This document shows positions 1-10,127 of a stretch of DNA of 64,000 nucleotides, in pieces (the stretch's first letter is position 1; every line of letters starts with the position of its first letter). Origin of the DNA: an uncultured archaeon (GTDB lineage Archaea; Asgardarchaeota; Lokiarchaeia; Sigyniarchaeales; SOKP01); contig CAZWEM010000011.1 of assembly GCA_964632315.1 (NCBI GenBank), positions 1 through 64,000 on the forward strand, written 5' to 3'. The position numbers were made by a program, and so were the translations under genes. Below the pieces are notes generated by a model. The model had not been told where the DNA came from. It did not search any database and saw only the letters and a list, made by a program, of their open reading frames with translations.

Positions 1-137
1 GACCGTTTCCTGATCTTATTATCGATAAAAATTTCACACCTTCTGACACGTGGAGAGGATGGCATCCGGATAGAACAGAAGATCAAATGTTCTGGATAAT
101 AAGAAGTATTACCGCTTCAAAAAAATTTTTTAAATGA
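1..137 (+). CDS. 3' end of a gene entering from the left edge (hypothetical)
   Basis: Open frame from position 3 (PFPDLIIDKNFTPSDTWRGWHPDRTEDQMFWIIRSITASKKFFK) to TGA at 135-137; truncated by window. Confidence 0.45.
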   Translation, partial: PFPDLIIDKNFTPSDTWRGWHPDRTEDQMFWIIRSITASKKFFK

Positions 138-274
138 ATTAGAAAGCTGGAAATCCCAAAATTGTATTAAAAATTCAGTTTTTCTCATACAAAATAATAA
201 AGCTTTATATGTCCTTAGCTCATAAATTATTTTATTTAAAATAATAGAAAAAATACAATATTAGGTATTTCACA

Positions 275-1669
275 ATGGAAAATCAAATTGAAGGACCCAC
301 GCATTCAAAATTAAGCATGGCCTCCTTTGGAGCAGGAAAATTCATAAATGAGTTTTACGTTATGGCTTTTGGAGCTTTAGTATTTTTCTTTTATGAGCGA
401 GCATTAGGGTTAAATCCAATTCTTACCATGGTAGGTTATATCATTTTTGCATTATGGAACGCTGTAAATGACCCGCTGATAGGCTATCTTACGGATCGTC
501 CATTCAAATTTACCAAAAAATGGGGAAGACGCTTTCCTTGGGTTTATATCGGAGGAGTTCCCTGGATTTTTAGTTATATTTTAATTTTTACTCCACCGAC
601 ACTATCTGCTTCCGATGTGTCTGCAGAATGGATCTTATTTGCTTGGTTGATCTTTTCTACTTGTTTATATGATACATTTGCTTCAATTTTTAATGTAAGC
701 TTTTATTCTATCTTTCCAGATAAATTTAGAACCGGTAGGGAACGACGTAATGCTTCCACTATTAGTACCCAAATTGCAGCTATTGGAACTGCCTGTGGTG
801 CTATTTTACCACCTATTTTCTATACATTTGAGCTACCACAGACTTATGTTACACAAGCTATTGTAGCTACTGTTGTGTGTATGATTGCCTTAGTGCTTTC
901 AATTCCGGGAACACGAGAAGATCAAGTTCGCATAGATTGTTATTTGGAAAAATGTGAAGAGGGAATGGAACATTCTTCTTTCTTTAAAGAATTCGTGAAA
1001 ATTTTAAAGCATCGTAATTTTATGGCTTACATTATAACCTTTACGTTTTATCAATCATTGGTCTCACTAATGACAGGTTCAATTCCCTATGTAACCGAGT
1101 TTGTACTCTTCAGAACATCCGAATATATCACTTACATAATGGCAGTTTTACTTGTTGGCATGATTGTTTCAATGCCGATTTGGTCATTTGTTGCTCATAG
1201 AACAAATGATGATAGGAAAACGATGCTGCTTGCCTCTATTTTTCTATCGGTTGTAACATTCGCCTTATTCTTTGTAAATGATTATTATGTAATGATGGTC
1301 GTAATTTTCATTTGGGGCTTCGGGGAGGGTGGGTTCTGGGTTATGATGAGCCCAATCTTTGCGAATGCCATTGATGAGTCTGTCGTTGATACTGGCGAGA
1401 GAAGAGAGGGTATATACAATGGTATTCAGACATTTGTGGGACGAGCAGCACTGGTTGTTCAAGCCGTGAGCATTGCTGTGGTTCATGTATTTACGGGTTT
1501 CGATCCCAATAACATGACATCTCTTGCTCGATTGGGGATCCAAATACATTTTGCATTAATTCCCGCGATTTTAATGGCAGTAGGCGCGGTTATTTTTGGA
1601 CTTTACTATAAATTAACCCCAGATAAGGTAGAATTGAATCGAGGAAGACTAATTGAATTAAAAATCTAA
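275..1669 (+). CDS. MFS transporter, GPH (MelB-like glycoside-pentoside-hexuronide:cation symporter) family
   Basis: About 12 TM segments; WNAVNDPLIGYLTDR...WGRRFPW and TGERREGIYNG motifs. Confidence 0.9.
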   Translation: MENQIEGPTHSKLSMASFGAGKFINEFYVMAFGALVFFFYERALGLNPILTMVGYIIFALWNAVNDPLIGYLTDRPFKFTKKWGRRFPWVYIGGVPWIFSYILIFTPPTLSASDVSAEWILFAWLIFSTCLYDTFASIFNVSFYSIFPDKFRTGRERRNASTISTQIAAIGTACGAILPPIFYTFELPQTYVTQAIVATVVCMIALVLSIPGTREDQVRIDCYLEKCEEGMEHSSFFKEFVKILKHRNFMAYIITFTFYQSLVSLMTGSIPYVTEFVLFRTSEYITYIMAVLLVGMIVSMPIWSFVAHRTNDDRKTMLLASIFLSVVTFALFFVNDYYVMMVVIFIWGFGEGGFWVMMSPIFANAIDESVVDTGERREGIYNGIQTFVGRAALVVQAVSIAVVHVFTGFDPNNMTSLARLGIQIHFALIPAILMAVGAVIFGLYYKLTPDKVELNRGRLIELKI

Positions 1670-1811
1670 GAATTAGTCCATTTTCTATCAAAAAAATTTT
1701 TTTATTTTTATTTCGTGTTTGAGTACAATATTTATTCTAAAGAAAAATTTTTTTTTGATAAATAATTTTAAATCATAATTAAACTAAAATAAAAAATTGA
1801 GGGATTTGTAA

Positions 1812-2549
1812 ATGACAGAAGAAAAGCAAGAGAATGAAAAATCTAGTACAGAAAATGAACAAGAAGTAAAAAGTGAACCATCCAAAACAGAAGAAGAACC
1901 GAAAAAGAAATTTTCATTCAAATGCACACGCGACGATAAATGTTGTTTGGAACGTGGACCAATTCCAATTACTTTTTGGGATTTGGAATTATGGGCTCGT
2001 AATGGGGTCATCGCGAACTTTATGCCCTATCTTGATATCTACAACAAACCAGACGGAGGAATTGACCTCATTTTAAAACCATTACCACCACCGCCTAAGG
2101 AAGGAGAGGATGAGGAAAAGACGGAAGAAAAAAGAGATCCCTTTGGAAATATTCCAATTGAAAAACTTCTGACTGAGAAATGTCCTCTTTATAACAAGGA
2201 AAAAAAAGAGTGCCTGGTCTATGATAATCGTCCTTTATCTTGTCGAGTCTATCCTCTAGAATTTGATGGGAAGAATTTTACCATTGTTGATATTGAATGT
2301 CCCGGCCTAGAAGAAGAAGGAATGACTCCAGAAGAACTAAAGGAGATGAGAGATAATGCCAAAACCATGTATTATGAATTAACCAGAATGCGTATTGCGT
2401 TGCCTGTTTTAAGCCAAATGATATCGCAGAAAGTCATGATGGATCTTATGCGCCAAAATATGGAAGCCATGAGTAAGATGAGTGATGAGGATCGTGCTAA
2501 ATTAGATGAAATCTTCCAAAAGAACAAGGAAGACTCAAAGACTCCCTAA
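1812..2549 (+). CDS. YkgJ-family (CxxCxxCC-like) cysteine-cluster protein
   Basis: FKCTRDDKCC, CPLY...CLVYDNRPLSCRVYP, CPGL motifs. Confidence 0.8.
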   Translation: MTEEKQENEKSSTENEQEVKSEPSKTEEEPKKKFSFKCTRDDKCCLERGPIPITFWDLELWARNGVIANFMPYLDIYNKPDGGIDLILKPLPPPPKEGEDEEKTEEKRDPFGNIPIEKLLTEKCPLYNKEKKECLVYDNRPLSCRVYPLEFDGKNFTIVDIECPGLEEEGMTPEELKEMRDNAKTMYYELTRMRIALPVLSQMISQKVMMDLMRQNMEAMSKMSDEDRAKLDEIFQKNKEDSKTP

Positions 2550-2635
2550 AATTTCTATTAATTACCAGATTTTTATTTATTCTTTTTTTGTATTCAGAAG
2601 AATAGTTTTTTAATTTAAAAATCACTACTTTTTTT

Positions 2636-3154
2636 ATGGAAAAAATAAAAATAAATAAATCAGCTATAATTCTTACACAGGGAGATATCACTGATATGGG
2701 AGTCGATGCGATTGTAAATGCCGCTAATGCTCAGCTTATACTCGGTGGTGGCGTGGCAGGAGCCATACGAAGAAAAGGTGGACCTGCAATACAAAATGCA
2801 TGCAACAAAATTGGAGGGACTCATGTTGGAGGGGCAGTTATTACTACGGGTGGTAATTTAAAAGCCAAATACGTCATTCATGCCGTTGGACCACGGATGG
2901 GTGAAGGTGATGAAGATCTTAAACTCAGAAAAGCTACTTTAAATAGCTTGAAATTAATGGATGAAAATGGATTAAAAACAATCGCTTTTCCCGCGATATC
3001 TACCGGAATTTTTGGATACCCAATCGAGAGATGTGCTAAAATTATGATAAATACAGTCAAAGATTACTTAGAAGGAAATACTATAATCGATATCGTTTAT
3101 TTCGTATTATATACTGCTGGCGATTTTATCATATTCGAAAATAATTTAAATTAA
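2636..3154 (+). CDS. Macro-domain (ADP-ribose binding / O-acetyl-ADP-ribose deacetylase-like) protein
   Basis: GDIT...DAIVNAAN...GGGVAGAI, VIHAVGP, AFPAISTGIFGYP. Confidence 0.93.
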   Translation: MEKIKINKSAIILTQGDITDMGVDAIVNAANAQLILGGGVAGAIRRKGGPAIQNACNKIGGTHVGGAVITTGGNLKAKYVIHAVGPRMGEGDEDLKLRKATLNSLKLMDENGLKTIAFPAISTGIFGYPIERCAKIMINTVKDYLEGNTIIDIVYFVLYTAGDFIIFENNLN

Positions 3155-3281
3155 ATGAAACCTTCCTACTCTGAGGACTTAGTTAGTAGTTCATGAAATA
3201 TGTTGTTCAATTATTCTGAAAATATGCTCTATTTTTATTCATTTGATTTGAATAGCCACTTTCCAATTTCTGGACTAATAT

Positions 3282-3746
3282 TTAATGCTTTAATTCTTTT
3301 TTCATTTCTTTAATAAAGAATTCAAATTCCCCATCATCATTAATCCTATTGGATTTATTTTTGTAATTAATAGGTTGATCGGGATATGGATCGTCCAAAT
3401 ATCTAGGATAAAGATGAACGTGGAGATGTGGAATAGTATTACCGTGGATTTCATAATTTACCTTTATCGCATTTGTTGCGTTTTTTAGAGCTTTGGCACA
3501 CTTTTGAATATCCCTCATGAAACCTAAAGCTTCCTCATTATTTAACTCATATAGCTCAATTTTATGATGCTTGAAAGTTAAATGACATGCTCCTTTAATG
3601 CATTCCCTTGGCTCTGCGCTTAACCATGAAAAAGGTAATTCTATTATATCGACCATGCCTTCGGGCATTGGAGAGTTGTTGCACACTGGACAATTTTCTT
3701 GAGATAATAATTTTTTCCATTTTTCATTGTTAGAATGAAAACTCAT
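3282..3746 (-). CDS. HIT-family hydrolase
   Basis: CPVC plus GNTIPHLHVHLYPR histidine triad. Confidence 0.9.
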   Translation of the reverse strand: MSFHSNNEKWKKLLSQENCPVCNNSPMPEGMVDIIELPFSWLSAEPRECIKGACHLTFKHHKIELYELNNEEALGFMRDIQKCAKALKNATNAIKVNYEIHGNTIPHLHVHLYPRYLDDPYPDQPINYKNKSNRINDDGEFEFFIKEMKKELKH

Positions 3747-3960
3747 TTTAATTAACCCATTTTCTTTTGCTTATTCAAGAAATAGATCTTAATAAATATG
3801 ATCTAAAATATATAGAAGAAAGCTTTTTGATAATCTTTTCCTTATTTTTCCCTAAAGGATTTTATGTCGTAAAATTATGCTTACATTTTTTTAATGTGCA
3901 AAATTTATAAATTAAATAGAGATAAAGACTTGACTATAAATCGTTCTTTTGGTGTGATAT

Positions 3961-6876
3961 ATGGGTGAACAAGATTTTCGATATGTAAAATTTTTTGAAG
4001 CTATAAGAGTTACAGATGTGCCTACTGTAGGGGGGAAAAACTCTTCTCTTGGGGAACTCTTGAGTTTTGGTATTCCTGTACCATTGGGATTTGCTGTAAC
4101 CGCGAAAGCTTATGATTATATTTTAGAAACTAACTATTTCCGAATTAAAGATGAAGAAATTACCCTTAAAGATTATATAACTCGTGAGATCAATAAAATT
4201 TCCGAGGAATTAAGGAAAGAAGACATAAAGTCAATTCAGGAAGTAGATAAGATATGCGCAGATATTCGCTATAGCATCGAATCTGCTAACATTCCTGACT
4301 CGGTTGAGGATGAAATTCTAGATGCTTACCAGCAATTAATTAAAAAAATCGGAGAAGAAACGACTTTCGCTATCAGAAGTTCAGCAACTGCTGAAGATCT
4401 TCCCGATGCGAGCTTTGCGGGTCAACAAGACACCCATCTCAACATAACTGGAGAACGACAAATCCTTGAATATATACTTAAGGATATGGCTTCAGTATTT
4501 ACTACTAGAGCTACCATGTATCGGGAAAGAGCAGGATTCGATCATTTTGCTGTTAAACTGAGTGTTGGCGTACAAGAAATTGCAGGTGGTCTTGGAGGAG
4601 TAAAAGCATCTGGAGTGATGTTTACTGAAGATCCAGATTCCGGTAATCCTAATGTAATTGTTATAAGGGGAACTTGGGGCCTTGGTGAGCTCATTGTTCA
4701 AGGACAAGAAAAGGGAGATGAATTCATTATATTCAAGCACGCACCTTCTCTCCAAATTATAAGCCGCAGTTTAGTAAAAAAAGAAAACATGATGATTTTT
4801 GATCTACAGAAAGGAGGGACTTTAATAAAACCGGTTCCAAAAGATCAACAAAAGCAATTCTGTTTAACTAAAGAACAAGCACTCAAATTAGCGGAATATG
4901 CTATTAAAATACGGGATCATTACGGAAAAAGGATGGATATTGAATGGGCTTTTGGTAATAACGGAAAAATATACATTGTCCAAGCCAGACCAGAAACAGT
5001 ACACTCTCAAAAAGGAGACACTGAAGAAATTTTCTACTTATTAGAAGATCCAAAAAAACTTAAAGAGGATGGGGTTTTAATTGAAAATTCTGGAACTGCC
5101 ATCGGAAGGAGGATAGGATCTGGTAGAATCAAAATAATTGAATCTATCAATGATGCTCATTTATTAAACGAAGGAGATGTCTTGATCACGGAGGAAACAA
5201 ATCCAGACTGGACCAGTTATATGCAGAACCTTAATGGAGTAATTACTGAGCGAGGAGGTCCCACCTGTCATGCCGCTATAGTTTCAAGAGAATTAAATAT
5301 TGCTTCAATCGTAGGAGCAGATAATATCTGCCAAATAATCAAAGAAAAGCAACGTGAAGGTGTATTAGATTATATCACGATCGATTGTACTGAGGGAGAA
5401 CCAAGAATATGGGCAAAAGAAGTGGAATATGATTATGACACCATTGAATTTGCTCAACTTCCTAAAACAAAAACAAAAGTTTTAGTCAATTTAGGAATTC
5501 CTAAAGGTGCCCTTAGTTCGGGAAAATATCCTGATGGTACTGGCTTGGCGAGATTAGAATTCATCATCAATGATGAAATCCAAATCCATCCTAACTGCTT
5601 GATTGATTTTGAGGCATTGTTAATGAGATATGATGTCTTATTAGAGCACCGAAAGAGAATTGAGAGTATTAAAAAAAGCGATTTATATCATAAAGATCCA
5701 TTTAACGTGGAAATCAAAAAATTAAAAGAAACTATTGATAAAATCAATGAACTTACCATAGGTTATGATAACAAGGAAGAGTTTTACATTGAAAAATTAG
5801 CGGAAGGAATTGCAACAATAGCAGCAGGCGTTTGGAAGGAATTACCCGATGGAAGTATTGCACCTTGCGTTGTAAGACTCTCCGATTTCAAAACGAATGA
5901 ATATGAAAATCTAATTGGGGGTTGGATATATGAGAGTGATGAAAATAACCCAATGCTAGGATTTCGTGGGGCTTCACGATACGTCTCAAATGATTTTCAG
6001 AACGCCTTCATTTTAGAGTTACGAGCAATAGCAAAAGCCCGGGAATGGGGTTTAACGAATATAATTCCCATGATCCCATTTTGCCGAACCCCCGAGGAAG
6101 CAAAAAAGATTGAAGAGATAATGATCAGTGAGAATTTAATTAGAGGAAATCAGGGGCTTAAAATATATTGCATGGCTGAAATTCCTTCAAATATTTTTCT
6201 TGCTGACGTATTTAGTGAATACTTCGATGGCTTTAGCATTGGATCAAATGATTTAACTCAATTAATCTATGGAGTAGGGAGGGACAATGAAAAGTTAATT
6301 CCGTTATCCAAAAACTATAATTACATTACAAATAGCGAAGCAATTCGACGAGCAATCAGTCATTTAATCACAGTTGCTCATTCTAAGGGAAAGAAGGTTG
6401 GGATTTGCGGGCAAGCTCCTTCTGATGACCCTGAATTTCTTCGATTTTTAGTTCGTGAAGGAATAGACTCAATTTCTCTAAACTTTGATACATTTGCCAG
6501 TGGGCGAATTAATACGTGGCGAACAGAAATAATAGAAGCAAGCTTGGACGAGGAAGAAAAGACGAAGATGTATGAATTTTTAGATCGATGTGATAATTTA
6601 GTTGAAAGAGTATTACGAGTTCCACGTGGAAAACTTCGTAATATGTTAAGGAAACAAGGTAAGCAAGTAGATTTGAGTCTGAGTGAAGTTACGGAAAAAT
6701 TTAATAACATTTTTGGGCAAGTTAATCACATCTCACATGAATTCATTCTAAATCTAAGCGATAACTCGAAACAATCATTTCCCGATTTATATAAAACTTA
6801 TAATACAGAAATAACTCAATTCGAAAGCAACGTTCCTTCTTTATTGAAAGAAATCCGGGAATTTGGTATCTTTTAA
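3961..6876 (+). CDS. ppsA: Phosphoenolpyruvate synthase (pyruvate, water dikinase) with C-terminal extension
   Basis: VGGKNSSLGEL, RSSATAEDLPDASFAGQQDT, GGPTCHAAIVSRE (phospho-His), NPMLGFRG, FSIGSNDLTQ, GICGQAPSD. Confidence 0.95.
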   Translation: MGEQDFRYVKFFEAIRVTDVPTVGGKNSSLGELLSFGIPVPLGFAVTAKAYDYILETNYFRIKDEEITLKDYITREINKISEELRKEDIKSIQEVDKICADIRYSIESANIPDSVEDEILDAYQQLIKKIGEETTFAIRSSATAEDLPDASFAGQQDTHLNITGERQILEYILKDMASVFTTRATMYRERAGFDHFAVKLSVGVQEIAGGLGGVKASGVMFTEDPDSGNPNVIVIRGTWGLGELIVQGQEKGDEFIIFKHAPSLQIISRSLVKKENMMIFDLQKGGTLIKPVPKDQQKQFCLTKEQALKLAEYAIKIRDHYGKRMDIEWAFGNNGKIYIVQARPETVHSQKGDTEEIFYLLEDPKKLKEDGVLIENSGTAIGRRIGSGRIKIIESINDAHLLNEGDVLITEETNPDWTSYMQNLNGVITERGGPTCHAAIVSRELNIASIVGADNICQIIKEKQREGVLDYITIDCTEGEPRIWAKEVEYDYDTIEFAQLPKTKTKVLVNLGIPKGALSSGKYPDGTGLARLEFIINDEIQIHPNCLIDFEALLMRYDVLLEHRKRIESIKKSDLYHKDPFNVEIKKLKETIDKINELTIGYDNKEEFYIEKLAEGIATIAAGVWKELPDGSIAPCVVRLSDFKTNEYENLIGGWIYESDENNPMLGFRGASRYVSNDFQNAFILELRAIAKAREWGLTNIIPMIPFCRTPEEAKKIEEIMISENLIRGNQGLKIYCMAEIPSNIFLADVFSEYFDGFSIGSNDLTQLIYGVGRDNEKLIPLSKNYNYITNSEAIRRAISHLITVAHSKGKKVGICGQAPSDDPEFLRFLVREGIDSISLNFDTFASGRINTWRTEIIEASLDEEEKTKMYEFLDRCDNLVERVLRVPRGKLRNMLRKQGKQVDLSLSEVTEKFNNIFGQVNHISHEFILNLSDNSKQSFPDLYKTYNTEITQFESNVPSLLKEIREFGIF

Positions 6877-6988
6877 TTTAAAAAAACGCAAAAATTAAAT
6901 CTTATCAAAAATTCCAAAAATAAAGCTTGTACTTCCCATTTATTTTAAATCACGAAATTAAACTTCTTAAAATTTTGAGGGAACCATC

Positions 6989-7261
6989 ATGTCGAACGAA
7001 ATACAACAAACTTTTGAAGAAACTAAAATATTGCTAAATGCCATGATAAATGATCGAGCAGTTCCAAGAAATATTAAGCGAATAGCTCAAAGAGGCATTG
7101 ACGAGATTATTAAAGTTGAGAGTGAAGACGAATCTCCTGCTGTAGTAGCTTCAAATATCATGTACATGGTCGACGATTTAAGCCAAGACCCGAACTGTCC
7201 CTTTCATACACGAACTACATTATATAGAATCCTTTCTTTACTTGAAAAAATAAAGGATTAA
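6989..7261 (+). CDS. UPF0147 family archaeal protein
   Basis: D..VPRNIKR.A...DPNCPFHTRT pattern. Confidence 0.85.
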   Translation: MSNEIQQTFEETKILLNAMINDRAVPRNIKRIAQRGIDEIIKVESEDESPAVVASNIMYMVDDLSQDPNCPFHTRTTLYRILSLLEKIKD

Positions 7262-7295
7262 AATGGGAATTTCCTTAATATTGCCATCTTTTATT

Positions 7296-7399
7296 GGGAA
7301 GGTAGTCTAGATTGGTATGATTCTTGGTTCGGAACCAAGAGGTCGGGGGTTCAAGAAATTATAGGTTTCTTATTATTCGAATAAATCCCCTCCTTCCCA
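7296..7399 (+). tRNA. tRNA-Pro(CGG) with a 30-nt non-canonical intron in the T loop
   Basis: Acceptor GGGAAGG/CCTTCCC-A; anticodon arm CTTGG-TTCGGAA-CCAAG; T arm GGGGG-TTCAA[insert]AT-CCCCT; 74 nt after removing the insert. Confidence 0.92.
7355..7384 (+). other. tRNA intron at approx. position 58/59 (relaxed BHB)
   Basis: GAAATTATAGGTTTCTTATTATTCGAATAA; central helix GUUC/GAAU with bulges AAG and AAA; boundary can slide by up to 2 nt because of flanking A residues. Confidence 0.85.
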
Positions 7400-7508
7400 C
7401 ATCAAAGATTCATCATATTTATATCAAATTTTTCTTATTTCATAAGATATATATTTTAGAATTAAGATATTATTAAAAGATATATACCTCAAAATTAGAA
7501 ATTCTTAC

Positions 7509-8561
7509 GTGAAAATGGAAAATCAAAAGATAATTGAAGCGTTAATTTACTGTGAGCTAAATGACGAGCTTGGCCCAAATCCGGTATCATGGCGACCCAT
7601 TAACGTGGATGAGGCCTCTCGCATGCACATTAGTATTAAGGCTTTTACACTTTTAACAGGAGAAAGGGGACTTATCCCGAATAAATTAGTGATATTGCCA
7701 TTTCCATCTTTAAATTTAAAGGGGGTGGTAAAATATATCAAATGGGATGATGAAGATCGCCGTGGAGGTATTGCCCAAGCTGCGATTATCTTACTTTTTA
7801 AAGAGATTAACGATGTTATCTTTTATAAGTACTTAGATTATTTTGAACCGCTTTTTGAAGAGAATGCTAAAGATTTTATTGATTTTGAATTGGCAAAGGA
7901 AAATCCAGAGAAATATTATGAAAAGTTGAAGAAATTAGAAGCACAAATCGAATATTTAATAGAAGATCTACGAATTAAGGAGTTATCTCAACAACCAAAA
8001 GAAGCGTTCCCTCAAAAAGAGTTAAAATCTACAGATGTTGATTATAAATTTAAAATAGTTATTGTTGGAGATCCAGGAGTAGGAAAGACTTCTTTAGTTC
8101 TTAGGTTTACTGATAATGCATTTAGAAGAAGTTACATTCCCACGCTTGGAGTTCATGTGTCTGATAAGATTTTTAGAGTTGAAAATGCTACCATACAGCT
8201 GGTTCTTTGGGATATTGCAGGACAACAGAAATTCTCCATGATGCGTCAGCAGTTTTATCTTGGTTCAGATGGAATCTTTCTCATTTTTGATTTAACAAAT
8301 CCAAAATCTTTTGATGATCTCTCAACCTGGCATCAAGACGTGCAGAAACAGTTAAAAGATCGAGCATTAATGGGATATATTATTGGAAATAAAAAGGATT
8401 TAGGGGAAAATTTGGTAGTTGATACAAAACAAGCAGTAAGCTTAGCTACTGAACTTGAGCTAGGTTATATCGAAACATCAGCTCGTACGGGTGAGAATGT
8501 TGATAATGCATTTTATATCATTGCCAAAATGCTTTATAGCTCTCTCAATGATATTCCTTAA
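7509..8561 (+). CDS. Rab-like small GTPase with an N-terminal longin/uDENN-like domain
   Basis: C-terminal G motifs GDPGVGKT, YIPTLG, WDIAGQ, GNKKD, ETSA; N-terminal ~170 aa with YCELNDELGP resembling longin/uDENN starts (domain call is inference). Confidence 0.85.
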   Translation: MKMENQKIIEALIYCELNDELGPNPVSWRPINVDEASRMHISIKAFTLLTGERGLIPNKLVILPFPSLNLKGVVKYIKWDDEDRRGGIAQAAIILLFKEINDVIFYKYLDYFEPLFEENAKDFIDFELAKENPEKYYEKLKKLEAQIEYLIEDLRIKELSQQPKEAFPQKELKSTDVDYKFKIVIVGDPGVGKTSLVLRFTDNAFRRSYIPTLGVHVSDKIFRVENATIQLVLWDIAGQQKFSMMRQQFYLGSDGIFLIFDLTNPKSFDDLSTWHQDVQKQLKDRALMGYIIGNKKDLGENLVVDTKQAVSLATELELGYIETSARTGENVDNAFYIIAKMLYSSLNDIP

Positions 8562-8571
8562 TTCACGTTAA

Positions 8572-8874
8572 TTATTCAATATCAAAGAAATTCTTAAATT
8601 TTTCAGTTTCATTTCCTTCGTCGACAGCAGAGATCTTATAATCAATATAATATATATTACGAATTTTTGGAGCCTCTTGAGTGGCAATAAATTTCATCCG
8701 CACATTAACGCTCATTCCATGCCACAGCCATAATATTTTATCTAAGTGATTGACAATGAGAATTATGAAATCTGAATTGAAAAAATCCTCATACTCTTCA
8801 TACTCGATCTTCTGAAATTTCTCAGAATCTACATCAAACTTGAAAACAACAATTCTTTTATCTAATTCAGTCAT
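8572..8874 (-). CDS. Single-domain gelsolin-like protein
   Basis: FNSDFIILIV...LWLWHG...KFIA...VDEGNETEKFKNFF matches the gelsolin repeat pattern (LNS..FILD...WxG...V.EG.E...F...F). Confidence 0.75.
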   Translation of the reverse strand: MTELDKRIVVFKFDVDSEKFQKIEYEEYEDFFNSDFIILIVNHLDKILWLWHGMSVNVRMKFIATQEAPKIRNIYYIDYKISAVDEGNETEKFKNFFDIE

Positions 8875-8965
8875 TTTCTTTAAAAATGAATTTGAATTTC
8901 AATGGTAAAATAAGTAGATGTCCAATTTAAATCTAATTAAAAAAAGAATTAAAAAAGTGAAACTT

Positions 8966-10117
8966 TTAAATCTTCCATTTACCTTCTTGATATATCACTT
9001 CTCCATCCGCAATTATTTTAGATCCTGGAATTTTCATGTCTTTCAAAATATCCCAGTGAATAGCAGATTCATTCTTGGAGCCCGTTTCTTTAAAACCGAA
9101 TCCAAGAGCACAATGCATCGTCCCACCCATCTTTTCATCAAAGAGCATATTTTTGGTGAACGTTGTTATTCCATAATTTGTTCCTACTGCGAATTCACCA
9201 ATAACTCTAGTGCCTTCAATTTTTAAAAGTTCATCTAACAATTTTTGTCCTTTTTCTGCAGTCGCTCTTATGACTTTACCATCTTTAAACTCCAAGTATA
9301 TATTTTCAATTTCATTACCTAAATATATTCCAGGGAAGGTAAATCTAATATGACCATTTACGGAATCTTCAATGGGAGCTGTATATACCTCTCCATCCGG
9401 TAAATTTTTATCCCCACAACAGTTTCTCCAGGGGCGATCTTTAATAGAGAGTGTTAAATCAGTGTCTTCTCCAATTAAGTGAACGTCCCTAAATTTTTCA
9501 AGTTTTTGTATGATTTTGGCTTGCTCTTCTTTAACATTTCTCCATTCTTGGATGGGATTTTCTTTATCAAGGTGGAGTGCTTTCTTCACGAATTCTGAAT
9601 ACGTGAAAAGATCCATTTTAGCTTCTTGAGCCATTGCATGACAAGGAAATGGAACTATATTCCACTTAATCTCTCCCCGTGCATCTTTAGCATAAAATTC
9701 CTCCATTAATTTTTTACGATCTGGGGTAGTTTGGGTTTGGGTTAAGATAGTTGGGTCTATGGTCGAAAATTTTTGAGTGTTATAATCGGATCTTATGAAT
9801 GAAAATCGATCGAAGGTTCCAAAGATTAATTTTTCAACATCATCAACGTATCTCAACTGTTCTTCAGTCGCATTCTGAAAAAAGAGTTCATCGACTCCCT
9901 CAATTTTGCTATAAACATATGGATGAGCTCCAACTTTTAGGGTTTCAACATAAATCGCTTGAATTAGTTCACGAGCGTGAGAATGCCCTCTAATATAGAC
10001 TTTATGACCTTCTTTTATTTCTAAAGAATGATGAACGACAACTTTAGCTAACTTTTCATAAAAATTATTAATCATAACCTTTAGCATCATTCGAGAAATA
10101 AAACTATTTCTCTTCAA
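8966..10117 (-). CDS. Aminopeptidase T (peptidase M29); true start probably MINNFYEK near 10075
   Basis: NLPDGEVYTAP, GEFAVGTN, LFDEKMGGTMHCALG, SAIHWD. Confidence 0.92.
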   Translation of the reverse strand: MKRNSFISRMMLKVMINNFYEKLAKVVVHHSLEIKEGHKVYIRGHSHARELIQAIYVETLKVGAHPYVYSKIEGVDELFFQNATEEQLRYVDDVEKLIFGTFDRFSFIRSDYNTQKFSTIDPTILTQTQTTPDRKKLMEEFYAKDARGEIKWNIVPFPCHAMAQEAKMDLFTYSEFVKKALHLDKENPIQEWRNVKEEQAKIIQKLEKFRDVHLIGEDTDLTLSIKDRPWRNCCGDKNLPDGEVYTAPIEDSVNGHIRFTFPGIYLGNEIENIYLEFKDGKVIRATAEKGQKLLDELLKIEGTRVIGEFAVGTNYGITTFTKNMLFDEKMGGTMHCALGFGFKETGSKNESAIHWDILKDMKIPGSKIIADGEVIYQEGKWKI

Positions 10118-10127
10118 TTAATAAAGA

